Counted from the first letter of the stretch, positions 36,622 through 47,060 are shown. The stretch: DNA of 64,000 nt from Alphaproteobacteria bacterium (GCA_016869145.1 VGEU01000001.1:49234-113233), one strand, 5' to 3'. The notes: generated from the letters alone by a model not told the origin. Numbers and translations: made by a program.

Positions 36622-38490
36622 ATGGCCACCAAGCTCGCGTCAGAACCCTCGGAGCGCCCGGCGCGACGGACGGTCGAGTCCGTCGTCATCCGATTCGCCG
36701 GCGATTCGGGTGACGGCATGCAGATCACCGGGACCCAGTTCACCCAATCGACCGCCCTGATGGGCAACGACCTCGCGACCTTCCCCGACTTCCCGGCCGA
36801 GATCCGGGCGCCGGTCGGCACGACCTATGGCGTGTCCGCGTTCCAGATCAACTTCGCGTCCTACGACATCATGACGCCGGGCGATGCGCCCGACGTCCTG
36901 GTCGCGATGAACCCCGCCGCGCTCAAGGTCCACCTCAAGGACGTGCGCAAGGGCGGCACGCTGATCCTGAATACGGGCGCCTTCAACGACCGCAATTTCC
37001 AGAAGGCCGGCTACAAGGCGAACCCGCTCGAGGATGGCTCGCTCGGCGGCTTCCGCGTGCTCCCGATCGATGTCTCCAAGCTGACGCTGAATGCGGTCGA
37101 GAAGACCGGGCTGTCGCAGAAGGATGCGCTCCGCTGCAAGAACTTCTGGGCGCTCGGCCTGATGTGCTGGATGTATGGACGCGAGCTGCAGCCGACGGTC
37201 GAGTGGATCAACAAGCGGTTCGAGAAACGGCCCGAGCTCGCCGCCGCCAACCTCGCCGCGCTCAAGGCCGGCCACGCCTATGGCGAGACGGCGGAGCTCT
37301 CCGGCTTCGAATCCGTCGAGGTGCCGAAGGCGCGCTCGTCGCCCGGCATCTACCGCGCGGTGACGGGCACCGAGGCGGTCGCGTGGGGTCTCGTCTGCGG
37401 CGCGCACAAGGCGGGCCTCAAGCTCTTCTTCGGCTCCTACCCGATCACGCCCGCCTCCTCCCTCCTCCACACGCTCGCCAATCTCAAGCAATACGGCGTC
37501 ACGACCTTCCAGGCCGAGGACGAGATCGCGGCCGTCTGCTCGTCGATCGGCGCATCCTATGCCGGCCAGATCGGTGTCACCTCGTCGTCGGGCCCGGGCG
37601 TCGCGCTCAAGACCGAAGCGATCGGCCTCGCCTTCGCGACCGAATTGCCGCTGATCATCGTCAACAGCCAGCGCGGCGGACCGTCGACCGGGCTGCCGAC
37701 CAAGACCGAGCAGTCCGACCTCTACCAGGCCGTGTTCGGCCGGAACGCCGATACGCCCGTTCCCGTCATCGCCTCGTCGACGCCCGGCGACTGCTTCTAT
37801 GTCGGCGTCGAGGCGGTGCGGCTCGCGACCAAGTACATGACGCCGGTGATCCTCCTCACCGACGGCTATCTCGCCAACGCGGCCGAGCCGTGGCTGATCC
37901 CCAATGTCGACGACATCGAACCGTTCCCCGTCAGCTTCGACATCGATCCCGAGGGGTTCCATCCGTTCCGGCGCGACGAGACGACGCTCGGGCGCAACTG
38001 GGCGACGCCCGGCATGCCGGGGCTGATGCACCGCATCGGCGGCATCGAGAAGGACTACAACTCGGGCCACATCTCCTACGAGTCGAACAACCACCACCAC
38101 ATGACCAAGGTCCGCGCGGCCAAGGTCAACGGCATCGCCAACGACATCCCGCTGCAGAAAGTCGCGAGCGGCACCGAGCGCGGCAAGCTCGCGGTCGTCG
38201 GCTGGGGCTCGACCTTCGGGGCGATCAACCAGGCCGTGGCGCGGAGCCGCGCGCGCGGGCTCGACGTCTCGCACATCCAGATCCGCCACATCTGGCCGCT
38301 GCCGCGCAATCTCGGCGCGCTCCTCGAGGGCTACGACAAGATCATCGTTCCCGAGATGAACAACGGCCAGCTCGTTACGCTCTTGCGGGCGCAGTATCTG
38401 GTGCCGGCCGAGGGCATCAACCAGATTTCCGGACTGCCATTCAAGGTCGCCGATCTCGAGGCCGAGATCAGCGCTCGCCTGGAGAAGTGA
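36622..38490 (+). CDS. korA: 2-oxoglutarate:ferredoxin (2-oxoacid:acceptor) oxidoreductase alpha subunit
   Basis: 622 aa, with GDSGDGMQITGTQF, the TPP-domain motif GSYPITPASS and the pyruvate/2-oxoacid ferredoxin oxidoreductase domain order. Confidence 0.9.
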   Translation: MATKLASEPSERPARRTVESVVIRFAGDSGDGMQITGTQFTQSTALMGNDLATFPDFPAEIRAPVGTTYGVSAFQINFASYDIMTPGDAPDVLVAMNPAALKVHLKDVRKGGTLILNTGAFNDRNFQKAGYKANPLEDGSLGGFRVLPIDVSKLTLNAVEKTGLSQKDALRCKNFWALGLMCWMYGRELQPTVEWINKRFEKRPELAAANLAALKAGHAYGETAELSGFESVEVPKARSSPGIYRAVTGTEAVAWGLVCGAHKAGLKLFFGSYPITPASSLLHTLANLKQYGVTTFQAEDEIAAVCSSIGASYAGQIGVTSSSGPGVALKTEAIGLAFATELPLIIVNSQRGGPSTGLPTKTEQSDLYQAVFGRNADTPVPVIASSTPGDCFYVGVEAVRLATKYMTPVILLTDGYLANAAEPWLIPNVDDIEPFPVSFDIDPEGFHPFRRDETTLGRNWATPGMPGLMHRIGGIEKDYNSGHISYESNNHHHMTKVRAAKVNGIANDIPLQKVASGTERGKLAVVGWGSTFGAINQAVARSRARGLDVSHIQIRHIWPLPRNLGALLEGYDKIIVPEMNNGQLVTLLRAQYLVPAEGINQISGLPFKVADLEAEISARLEK

Positions 38491-38491
38491 G

Positions 38492-39520
38492 ATGAACGTT
38501 CAGACCCCCGTCGCGAAGCTCACGCCCAACGACTACGCCTCCGATCAGGACGTCCGCTGGTGCCCCGGCTGCGGCGACTACGCGATCCTGAAATCCGTAC
38601 ACAAGGCGCTCGCCGACCTGCAGGCCCCGCTCGACACGACGGTGTTCATCTCGGGCATTGGCTGCGCCGCGCGCTTCCCCTATTACATGGCGACCTACGG
38701 CTTCCACACGATCCATGGCCGCGCGCCGGCGATCGCGACCGGCACCAAGCTCGCCAATCCCGATCTCGATGTCTGGGTCGTCATGGGTGACGGCGATGCG
38801 CTCTCGATCGGCGGCAATCACACGCTGCACGCGATCCGGCGCAACGTCGATCTCAACCTCCTGATGTTCAACAACGCGATCTACGGGCTGACCAAGGGCC
38901 AGTACTCGCCGACTTCGAAGGTCGGCACGCGCTCGCCCTCGACGCCTCAGGGCTCGGTCGACCAGCCGGTCAACGCGATCCTGTTCGCGCTCGGCGCCGG
39001 TGCGCGCTTCGTCGCCCGTTCGGTCGACACCAACCAGAAGCACTTGCCGGAGATGCTGAAGCGCGCGCACGCGCACAAGGGCGCCTCGTTCGTCGAGATC
39101 CTGCAGAACTGCATCGTCTACAACGACGGGGCCTTCTCCGACGTGACCGAGCGCGACGTCGCGCCCGACCGTCAGGTCGTGGTCGAGCACGGCAAGAAGC
39201 TCGTGTTCGGCAAGGACGGGAAGAAGGGTGTGCGCATGAAGCCGGGCGCGCTCGAGCTCGAGGTCGTGACGATCGGCGAGAACGGCGTAACCGAGGCCGA
39301 CATCCTGGTCCACGACGAGAAGAACCGCGCCATGGCGCTCCTCCTCGCAGGCATGGACGGCGGGGCGCTCCCGGTCGCGATGGGGGTCATCTACTGCAAT
39401 CCGGTCGAGAGCTATGACGTCGCGGTCCACAAGCAGATGCGCGAGGTGATCGAGAAGACACCGGCGATCGAATTCAACAAACTCCTCCGCCGCGGCAATA
39501 CCTGGACGGTGAACACCTGA
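38492..39520 (+). CDS. korB: 2-oxoglutarate:ferredoxin oxidoreductase beta subunit (TPP-binding)
   Basis: 342 aa, with WCPGCGDYAIL and the GDGD...N TPP-binding signature (VMGDGDALSIGGNH). Its start overlaps the korA stop. Confidence 0.9.
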   Translation: MNVQTPVAKLTPNDYASDQDVRWCPGCGDYAILKSVHKALADLQAPLDTTVFISGIGCAARFPYYMATYGFHTIHGRAPAIATGTKLANPDLDVWVVMGDGDALSIGGNHTLHAIRRNVDLNLLMFNNAIYGLTKGQYSPTSKVGTRSPSTPQGSVDQPVNAILFALGAGARFVARSVDTNQKHLPEMLKRAHAHKGASFVEILQNCIVYNDGAFSDVTERDVAPDRQVVVEHGKKLVFGKDGKKGVRMKPGALELEVVTIGENGVTEADILVHDEKNRAMALLLAGMDGGALPVAMGVIYCNPVESYDVAVHKQMREVIEKTPAIEFNKLLRRGNTWTVNT

Positions 39521-39548
39521 CCGTCGCGCGGCGGCCGGCGATGCGATC

Positions 39549-39578
39549 GGGCGGGTCCTCGACCCGCCCTTTTCGTTT
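39549..39578 (+). terminator. Rho-independent terminator after korB (GGGCGGGTC-ctc-GACCCGCCC followed by TTTTCGTTT)
   Basis: Perfect 9-bp stem, 3-nt loop and a T-tract, seen directly. Confidence 0.7.
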
Positions 39579-39679
39579 CCGGCCGACCGGAGACCGCTTG
39601 ATGCCCCGAAGGCCTTCGCTATCATGCGCGCGGGCCGATGCCAGACAGCAAGGAACGGCTCGCGTCTGGGGAGGCGAGA

Positions 39680-40999
39680 ATGGGCCGTAGCGTCGCGGTG
39701 GTCGGGTCTGGTCCGGGCGGCATGTACGCCGTCCAGCGCGTGCTCGACGAATGCGGCGACTGCCGCATCGACGTGATCGAGCGGCTGCCTTCTCCCTTCG
39801 GACTGATCCGCGGCGGCGTCGCGCCGGATCACCAGACCACCAAGAACGTGAGCCGCGCGTTCGAGAAGACCCTCCGGGATCCGCGCGTGCGCTATCTCGG
39901 CAATGTCGCGATGGGTCACGACGTGAGCCTCGCCGAGCTCGAGATCATCTACGACGCCGTCATCCTCGCCTATGGCGCGCCGTGGGACCGGAAGCTCGGC
40001 ATCCCCGGCGAGGACAAGAAGAACGTCTTCGGTTCCAACGCCTTTGTCGGCTGGTACAACTGCCATCCCGATTTCAAGGACCTCGACCCCGATCTCGACG
40101 TCGCAGGCGTTGCGGTCGTCGGCGTCGGCAACGTCGCCGTCGACTGCGCCCGCGTTCTCGCCAAGACGCCAAAGGAGATGGCGACGACCGATCTCGCCAC
40201 CTACGCGGCCGCGCGTATCCACGCGGCGCCGATCAAGGACATCTGGATGTTCGGCCGGCGCGGTCCGGCCGAGGCGGCGTTCACCAATGTCGAGCTCCGC
40301 GAGCTCGGCAAGCTCGAGGACTGCGCCACGCTCGTCGATCAGGCGCATCTTCCGGCCGCGATCGATTCGGTCGGCATGGACGACAAGGATTTTCGCGTCC
40401 GCTCGAAGAACCTCGAGACCATGCGCGGCTTCACCGGCGCCGACGCCGGCAGCAAGAAGAAGCGCATGCACATCGCCTTCTTCGCCTCACCCGTCGCCGT
40501 TCTCGGCGGCGAGCGCGTCGAGGGTATCCGGATGGAGAAGACCCGGATCGAGAAGGGACGCGCGATCGGGACCGGCGAGACCTTCGATGTGCCGTGCGGC
40601 CTCGTGATCACCTGCATCGGCTCGCGCGCGGAGGCGATCGAATCGGTTCCGTTCGACGAAAAGGCCGGCATCGTCCGCCACGAGCAGGGGCGCGTCCGGC
40701 CCGGTCTCTACGCCGTTGGCTGGGTGAAGCGCGGCGCCACCGGGACGATCGGCACGAACCGGCTCGATTCCTACGACGTCGTCGATCTGATGCTGAAGGA
40801 GATGGCCGCGCCCGACAAGCCGGGCGCGGCCGCGCTCGACCGGCTTCTGGCCGCGCGCAAGGTGCGCGTCGTCGGGCTCGCGGACTGGCAGAAGATCCAG
40901 AAGCTCGAAGAAGCGAACGCGCCCAAGGGCGCACCGCGGCGGAAATTCATCACGCCGGCGGAGATGCTGGCCGCGCTCGACAAGGCATCGGCGGCCTGA
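39680..40999 (+). CDS. FprA-type NADPH:ferredoxin (adrenodoxin) reductase
   Basis: Start at MGRSVAVVGSGPGGMY (dinucleotide-binding GxGxxG), with a second GVGNVAVD motif. The 440-aa length is typical of adrenodoxin-reductase-like FprA. Confidence 0.8.
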   Translation: MGRSVAVVGSGPGGMYAVQRVLDECGDCRIDVIERLPSPFGLIRGGVAPDHQTTKNVSRAFEKTLRDPRVRYLGNVAMGHDVSLAELEIIYDAVILAYGAPWDRKLGIPGEDKKNVFGSNAFVGWYNCHPDFKDLDPDLDVAGVAVVGVGNVAVDCARVLAKTPKEMATTDLATYAAARIHAAPIKDIWMFGRRGPAEAAFTNVELRELGKLEDCATLVDQAHLPAAIDSVGMDDKDFRVRSKNLETMRGFTGADAGSKKKRMHIAFFASPVAVLGGERVEGIRMEKTRIEKGRAIGTGETFDVPCGLVITCIGSRAEAIESVPFDEKAGIVRHEQGRVRPGLYAVGWVKRGATGTIGTNRLDSYDVVDLMLKEMAAPDKPGAAALDRLLAARKVRVVGLADWQKIQKLEEANAPKGAPRRKFITPAEMLAALDKASAA

Positions 41000-41063
41000 T
41001 CGCGCCGGAGGGCGCAACCGCTGCGAGCCGACCGGACCATTGGCGCAGCTCAGATGGCGCGGC

Positions 41064-42491
41064 TCAGATCGAGAATCCGCCGAGCTTGGTCTCGAGATAT
41101 TCCGCGATGCCGTCGTGGCCGCCCTCGCGGCCGAGCCCGCTCTCCTTCGCGCCGCCGAACGGCGCCGCCGCAGCAGTCGGGTTGATGTCGTTGATTCCGA
41201 CGATCCCGAAACGAAGCCCCTCGAACATCCGGAACGCGCGGCCGATATCGCGGGTGTAGATATAGGACGCGAGCCCGTAATGGGTGTCGTTCGCCATGGC
41301 GAGCGCATCCTCCTCGGTTTCGAAGGTGATTACCGGGGCGACCGGGCCGAAGGTCTCCTCGCGGTAGATCAGCATGTCCGGACGCACCTCGGCGAGGACG
41401 GTCGGTGCATAGAACGTGCCCTTGTCGAGGCCGTTCGAGATCAGCCGATGGCCGCCGCAGAGGAGCTTCGCGCCCTTGCCGACCGCGTCCTGAACCTGGC
41501 GATCCACCTTTGCGATCGCATCGGCATCGACTAGCGGGCCGATCGCGACGTTCTCCTCCATGCCGTCGCCGGCGCGCATCTTCTCGACCCGCGCGGTCAA
41601 CTCGCGCGTGAACGGCTCGGCGATCGAGCGGTGGACGAAGATCCGGTTCGGGCTGATGCAGGCTTGGCCCGTGTTGAGGAACTTCACGAGCGAGGCGCCG
41701 CGCGCGGCGTGGAGCGGATCGGCGTCGTCGAAGACGAGGAAGGGCGCATGGCCGCCGAGCTCGAGGCTGACGCGCTTCATCTGCGCCGCGGCGCGCGCGG
41801 CGATCATCTTGCCGATCTCGGTCGAGCCGGTGAAGGCGAGCTTGCGGATGCGCGGATCGGTGAGAAAGACATCGCCGACCGGCGCCGGGTCGAGCGCTGT
41901 GACGAGGTTCACGACGCCCTTGGGAATGCCGGCATCTGCGAATACGCGAAACATCTCGACCGCGCAGAGTGGCGTCGCCTCGGCCGGCTTCAGGACGATC
42001 GTGCAGCCGGCGGCGAGCGCCGGCCCGATCTTCCGCGTCAGCATCGAGATGGGATAGTTCCACGGCGTGATCGCGCCGACCGGGCCGACCGGCTGCTTCG
42101 CGACGATGAAACGCTGATCGCTGCGCGGCGCGGGAATGGTCTCGCCATAGACGCGCTTGGCCTCCTCCGCGTACCAGAGGAGGAAATCGGCGCCGTACTG
42201 CACCTCGTTGCGCGCGGCCCGGATCGGCTTGCCCTGCTCGGCGGTCATGGTCTTCGCGAGCTCTTCCTTGCGCTCGACCATCAGGGTCCAGGCCTTGTAG
42301 AGGAATTCCGAGCGCTGATAGGCGGTGAGCCGCGACCAGGTCGCGAAGGCGCGTGTCGCGGCGGCGACCGCATCGAGCGTGTCCTCGCGCCCACCGGCCG
42401 GCACCGTGCCGATGACCGCGCCGTTGGCGGGGTTGGTCACCTCGAACACGCCACCGTTCCGCGCCTTCCGCCACTCGCCGTCGATGTACAT
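41064..42491 (-). CDS. NAD(P)-dependent aldehyde dehydrogenase (succinate-semialdehyde dehydrogenase-like)
   Basis: 475 aa, with ELGGHAP (the catalytic Glu region), FLNTGQACISPNR (the catalytic Cys) and GxxxxG. Confidence 0.9.
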   Translation of the reverse strand: MYIDGEWRKARNGGVFEVTNPANGAVIGTVPAGGREDTLDAVAAATRAFATWSRLTAYQRSEFLYKAWTLMVERKEELAKTMTAEQGKPIRAARNEVQYGADFLLWYAEEAKRVYGETIPAPRSDQRFIVAKQPVGPVGAITPWNYPISMLTRKIGPALAAGCTIVLKPAEATPLCAVEMFRVFADAGIPKGVVNLVTALDPAPVGDVFLTDPRIRKLAFTGSTEIGKMIAARAAAQMKRVSLELGGHAPFLVFDDADPLHAARGASLVKFLNTGQACISPNRIFVHRSIAEPFTRELTARVEKMRAGDGMEENVAIGPLVDADAIAKVDRQVQDAVGKGAKLLCGGHRLISNGLDKGTFYAPTVLAEVRPDMLIYREETFGPVAPVITFETEEDALAMANDTHYGLASYIYTRDIGRAFRMFEGLRFGIVGINDINPTAAAAPFGGAKESGLGREGGHDGIAEYLETKLGGFSI

Positions 42492-42598
42492 CGCCCTCTC
42501 CCCGGTTCGATCCGATCTCCATACACCGGCCGGCGCGGTTTGACACCTGTCGGCGCCGCTGCCTACCGTTGCCCGTATCGCCAGAGGGAGACCGCGCG

Positions 42599-43003
42599 AT
42601 GGAACGCCAGCACATCAATCCGCCCGCGCTCTTCAAGCATCCGAGCTATACCCGCGTGGTCACCGTCCAGGGACCGAGCAAGCTCGTCTTCATCGCCGGC
42701 CAGACACCGTCCGACGAGACCTACCGTCCAATCGGCAAGGGCGATCTCAAGCGTCAGTACGAGCGCGTCATGGAGGCACTCGATCTCCAACTCCGGGCCG
42801 CCGGCGCGGGCTGGGACGACGTCGTCTTCCGCCGCATCTTCGTCCTCGACATGGACGCCTTCATCAAGGTCCAGACCGATCCGTCGACGACCTATCCGTG
42901 GCACCCCGACCGGCCGCCGCCCTCGACGCTGGTCGGCGTGACGAGGCTGTCGCACCCGGACTTCATGATCGAGATCGACCTGATGGCCGTCGTCGCAGCC
43001 TGA
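42599..43003 (+). CDS. RidA/YjgF-family protein (second copy)
   Basis: From MERQHINPPALFKHPSYTRVVTV... The alternative start at 42569 cannot be excluded. Confidence 0.7.
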   Translation: MERQHINPPALFKHPSYTRVVTVQGPSKLVFIAGQTPSDETYRPIGKGDLKRQYERVMEALDLQLRAAGAGWDDVVFRRIFVLDMDAFIKVQTDPSTTYPWHPDRPPPSTLVGVTRLSHPDFMIEIDLMAVVAA

Positions 43004-43006
43004 GCC

Positions 43007-43465
43007 CTATTCCGCGATCCGGGCGAGGAGGCGGACGAGCGTCTTCCGCTCCGCCGGGTCGAGGGGGCCGAGCGTCCGTTCGCTGATCGCCCGCGCGCCC
43101 TCGATCGCCGCCGTCATGAGCGCGTGGCCCGCCTCGGTCAGCGACAGGATGAGCCGCCGCCGGTCGTCGGGGTCGGGCCGGCGCGCGATGAGGCCGCGGG
43201 CGGCGAGACGCTGGATCACGCCCTGCATGGTGGCGGCGTCCATCGCGGTGAGCCGGCCCAGCTGGTTCTGCGAGGTTTCACCGACGTCGCGGAGCTTGAC
43301 CAGCGCCGCGAACTGGAGCGGCGTCAGCTGCGCGGCGCCGATGTTCTCGAGGAAGATCGCCGCGTGGCGCTGATGGGCGCGGCGGAGCAGATGCCCCACC
43401 TGCGCCTCGAGCCGGTATCCGGCCTCGGCCACGGCCTTGCCGGTCGGTCGTCCCGCCCCGTCCAT
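43007..43465 (-). CDS. MarR family transcriptional regulator
   Basis: 152 aa with a winged-helix region LTPLQFAALVKL...SQNQLGRLTAMDAATMQGVIQRLAARGLIAR. Confidence 0.85.
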   Translation of the reverse strand: MDGAGRPTGKAVAEAGYRLEAQVGHLLRRAHQRHAAIFLENIGAAQLTPLQFAALVKLRDVGETSQNQLGRLTAMDAATMQGVIQRLAARGLIARRPDPDDRRRLILSLTEAGHALMTAAIEGARAISERTLGPLDPAERKTLVRLLARIAE

Positions 43466-43523
43466 CGCGCCGCCAATCGTTCGTACACGAACGATGTCGG
43501 AGCCGGACCCGGCCTGTCAAGGA

Positions 43524-44747
43524 TCAGACGATGCTTTTGGACCGGAGCGCCGCGATCTCGGCTGGCGAGAGGCCCGCGAGACCGCGCAGCACCTCCTCGG
43601 TGTGCTGGCCGAGGGTCGGGGATGCGCGCTCATAGGCGATCGGCGTGCCGGAGAGCTTGATCGGGTTGGCCACCCCCGGCACCGAGCCGGCGGTCGGGTG
43701 CGGCAACTCGATCCGCAGCCCGCGCGCGGCGACCTGGGGATCGGCGAAGACCTGGGCGAGATCGTTGATCGGGCCGCACGGCACGCCTGCCTTGTCGAGG
43801 AGATCGATCCAGACCTGGCGCGGCCGCGTCCGCATGAAGTCGGTGATGATGGCGACGAGGGCGTCGCGATTGGCAACGCGCGAGACATTGTCCTTGAAGC
43901 GCGGATCGGCCGGGACCTCGGGACGGCCGGCGATCTCGCAGAAGCGGCGGAACTGGCCCTCGTTACCGATCGCGATGATGAGATAGTGATCCGCGGTCGG
44001 GAACGCCTGGTAGGGCACGATGTTGGGATGGGCGTTTCCCATCCGCACCGGTGCGACGCCGGTGACGAGGTAGTTGAGCGCCTGGTTCGCCATGCACGCG
44101 GTCGTCACGTCGAACAGCGCCATATCGACGTGCTGGCCTTCGCCGGTCTCAGCACGGCTGCGGAGCGCGGCGAGCGCGGCCACGGCCGTGTAGAGCCCGG
44201 TCAGGATGTCTGAGAGCGCGACGCCGATCTTCTGCGGCCCGCCGCCCGGCTTGTCGTCGGCCTCGCCCGTCACGCTCATCATGCCGGCGAGGCCCTGGAT
44301 CATGAAGTCGTAGCCGGCGCGCTCGGCGTTGGGGCCGGTCTGCCCGAAGCCGGTGATCGAGCAGTAGATGAGGCCGCGGTTCAGCTTGCGGAGGTCGTCA
44401 TAGCCGAGGCCGTAGCGGGCGAGACCGCCGACCTTGTAGTTCTCGATCAGGATGTCGGACGTCGCGGCGAGACGACGGATGACGTCCTGGCCTTCGGGTG
44501 TCGCGATGTCGAGCGTGACCGAGCGCTTGCCGCGGTTCGTCGACTGGAAATAGGCCGCCTCGGTCGTCGGCCGTCCGTCCGGCCCCTTGAGGAAAGGCGG
44601 GCCCCACGCGCGGGTGTCGTCGCCGGCGCCGGGGCGCTCGATCTTGATCACGTCGGCGCCGAGATCGGCCAACAGCTGACCGCACCACGGGCCTGCGAGA
44701 ACGCGGCTCAGATCGAGCACGCGAATGCCGACGAGGGGACCGCTCAT
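43524..44747 (-). CDS. CoA-transferase family III (CaiB/BaiF) protein, a candidate glutarate or dicarboxylate CoA-transferase
   Basis: Start at [37 protein letters not shown], a typical family III N-terminus, with the conserved Asp region (GYDFMIQ). Confidence 0.85.
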   Translation of the reverse strand: MSGPLVGIRVLDLSRVLAGPWCGQLLADLGADVIKIERPGAGDDTRAWGPPFLKGPDGRPTTEAAYFQSTNRGKRSVTLDIATPEGQDVIRRLAATSDILIENYKVGGLARYGLGYDDLRKLNRGLIYCSITGFGQTGPNAERAGYDFMIQGLAGMMSVTGEADDKPGGGPQKIGVALSDILTGLYTAVAALAALRSRAETGEGQHVDMALFDVTTACMANQALNYLVTGVAPVRMGNAHPNIVPYQAFPTADHYLIIAIGNEGQFRRFCEIAGRPEVPADPRFKDNVSRVANRDALVAIITDFMRTRPRQVWIDLLDKAGVPCGPINDLAQVFADPQVAARGLRIELPHPTAGSVPGVANPIKLSGTPIAYERASPTLGQHTEEVLRGLAGLSPAEIAALRSKSIV

Positions 44748-45961
44748 CAGCCGGTGAACGCCTGGATGCCGGTCTGTGCGCGGCCGAGGATGAGCGCGTG
44801 GATGTCGTGCGTGCCCTCGTAGGTGTTGATGGTCTCGAGATTCATCATGTGGCGGATGACGTGGTACTCGTCGACGATGCCGTTGCCGCCGTGCATGTCG
44901 CGGGCCAAGCGCGCGATGTCGAGCGCCTTGCCGGTCGAATTGCGCTTGACGAGCGAGATCGCCTCGGGCGCGCATTTGCCCTCGTCCATCAGCCGTCCGA
45001 GACGGAGACACGCGTGCAGCCCGAGCGTGATCTCGGTCTGCATGTCGGCGAGCTTCTTCTGGATGAGCTGGTTGGCCGCGAGCGGGCGACCGAACTGGCT
45101 GCGGTCGAGCGTGTACTGGCGCGCGGCGTGCCAGCAGAACTCGGCCGCGCCGAGAGCGCCCCAGCAGATGCCGTAGCGGGCGTTGTTGAGGCAGCCGAAC
45201 GGTCCGCCGAGCCCGCGCGCTTCGGGCAGCATGTTCTCCGCAGGCACGAACACGTCATCGAGCGCGATCGTGCCGGTCTGCGAGGCGCGGAGCGAGAACT
45301 TGCCGTCGATCTTGACGGTCGAGAGCCCTTTCATGCCGCGCTCGAGGATGAAACCGCGGATCGTGCCCTCGTCGTCCTTGGCCCAGATCACGAACACGTC
45401 GGCGAAGGGCGCATTCGAGATCCAGGTCTTCGATCCCTTGAGCACAAAGCCGCCGTCGACCTTGCGGGCACGGGTCTTCATGCCACCGGGATCGGAGCCA
45501 TGGTCCGGCTCGGTGAGGCCGAAGCATCCGGCGAGCTCGCCGGTCGCGAGACGCGGTAGGTATTTCACCCGATGCGCCTCGGTGCCATAGGTGTAGATCG
45601 GCCACATCACGAGCGAGGACTGGACCGAGAGCGTCGAGCGGTAGGCACCGTCCACCCGCTCGATCTCGCGCGCGATCAGCCCGTAGGCGACATAGCTCGC
45701 GCCGGCACAGCCATAGCCGTCGAGCGTCGAGCCGAGGAAGCCCATCTCGCCCATCTGGTTGAGGAGCGCGCGATCGAAGGTCTCGTGGCGGTTGGCCTGG
45801 ACGATGCCGGGCATCAGCTTCTCGGCCGCGAACTCGCGCGCGGCATCGCGGATCAGCTTCTCGTCCTCGCCGAGGAGATCGTCGAAGAGGAGCGGATCCT
45901 CCCACTGGAAATTCGCCCACTTCTTGACCTTGGGGCCGGCCGTCGCGGCGTCTAGTGCCAT
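44747..45961 (-). CDS. gcdH: Glutaryl-CoA dehydrogenase (acyl-CoA dehydrogenase family)
   Basis: Start at MALDAATAG; 404 aa. It has the typical GcdH N-terminus ([17 protein letters not shown]) and the C-terminal [14 protein letters not shown] motif. Confidence 0.85.
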   Translation of the reverse strand: MALDAATAGPKVKKWANFQWEDPLLFDDLLGEDEKLIRDAAREFAAEKLMPGIVQANRHETFDRALLNQMGEMGFLGSTLDGYGCAGASYVAYGLIAREIERVDGAYRSTLSVQSSLVMWPIYTYGTEAHRVKYLPRLATGELAGCFGLTEPDHGSDPGGMKTRARKVDGGFVLKGSKTWISNAPFADVFVIWAKDDEGTIRGFILERGMKGLSTVKIDGKFSLRASQTGTIALDDVFVPAENMLPEARGLGGPFGCLNNARYGICWGALGAAEFCWHAARQYTLDRSQFGRPLAANQLIQKKLADMQTEITLGLHACLRLGRLMDEGKCAPEAISLVKRNSTGKALDIARLARDMHGGNGIVDEYHVIRHMMNLETINTYEGTHDIHALILGRAQTGIQAFTG

Positions 45962-46001
45962 CGCGTGCTCCTTTGGTGCGCGTGGTGCGCGGCGGATCCG
46001 G

Positions 46002-47060
46002 TCAGCCGAACTTCTTCTTGGCCGCATCGAGGAAGCTGAGGTCGACCATGGTCTCGTAGGTCTGCGTCTTGACCTTGGTCGCCTCGCTGAACCAGACCTT
46101 GCCGCCATTCTCGAACTGAGCCCGCGTGATCACGCCGTTGTAGTCGTAGATCGGCTTGAGATACGCGATCTCGCGCATCGCCACCTCGGGCTTAAAGTTG
46201 CCCATGAACCGGCCCTCGACGGTCTTGTAGAGCTGCTCGGGCGTGCTGTTCTTGATCAACTGGAGGGCGCGATAGACGGCGTTGACGATGCCTTGGGTCA
46301 GCGCGGGCTTGGCCTTGATCTGCTCCTCGAGCGCGAACAGGCACTGGCCCGCGAAGGCGGAGCCGAAGAACTTGTTCCACAGCGCATCGTCGGTGGCGTT
46401 GAACGCGGCCTCGCCCAGCTTCTCGTCGGCGATGGCGAAGAAGATCAGGGTGTTCGCCATGCAGGCGTCGACCTTGCCGCTCTTGAAGGCCCCGATCATC
46501 GGCGCGCCGTCGCCGGTCGAGACGAAGTTGACGTTGTCGAGGAGACCGGCCTTCAGAAACATGTGGGAGCCATAGAGCCAGCTCTGCGCGCCGACGCGCG
46601 TGACGGCGATCTGCGGCTTGGTGCCGTCGGGCTTCTTCAGATTGCCGAGCGCCTCGACGGTGCGGATACCCTTCTCCCACAACTCGTTCCGAACCATCAG
46701 GGTCATCGTGGCGCGGGTGTCGAGGCCCATCATGATCTTGGCCGACTTGCCGGCGCCGGTGAGATAGAGCGGATGGATCACGTCGCCCTGGGCATACGGC
46801 ATCTGCCCGGCCGCGACCATCTGGCGGGTGTTGGTGCCGGCGGCGCCGGTGACGACGCGGCCGTTGATGCCCTCGTCCTTGAAGTAGCCGGCGGCGGAAG
46901 CGACCATGAACTGGAGGCTGTTCGAGGTCTCGACCGGGATGCCGAGCAGCATCTCCTCCGCCTGCGCCCGGGCCGCACCGGCCCAGGTGAACGAGTAAAG
47001 CTTGGTCGCGGCCACGGCCCCGGTGCCGGCCAACATCGTCCGGCGATTGATCCCACTCAT
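46002..47060 (-). CDS. ABC-transporter-type periplasmic substrate-binding protein (NMT1/SsuA/TauA-like) with a Tat signal
   Basis: Start at [32 protein letters not shown] (twin-arginine motif). No ABC permease or ATPase genes are adjacent. Confidence 0.75.
   Translation of the reverse strand: MSGINRRTMLAGTGAVAATKLYSFTWAGAARAQAEEMLLGIPVETSNSLQFMVASAAGYFKDEGINGRVVTGAAGTNTRQMVAAGQMPYAQGDVIHPLYLTGAGKSAKIMMGLDTRATMTLMVRNELWEKGIRTVEALGNLKKPDGTKPQIAVTRVGAQSWLYGSHMFLKAGLLDNVNFVSTGDGAPMIGAFKSGKVDACMANTLIFFAIADEKLGEAAFNATDDALWNKFFGSAFAGQCLFALEEQIKAKPALTQGIVNAVYRALQLIKNSTPEQLYKTVEGRFMGNFKPEVAMREIAYLKPIYDYNGVITRAQFENGGKVWFSEATKVKTQTYETMVDLSFLDAAKKKFG

Noticed and set aside
38468-40471. 667-aa minus-strand ORF
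   Set aside because: Antisense to korB and the FprA-like gene, which both have clear conserved motifs.
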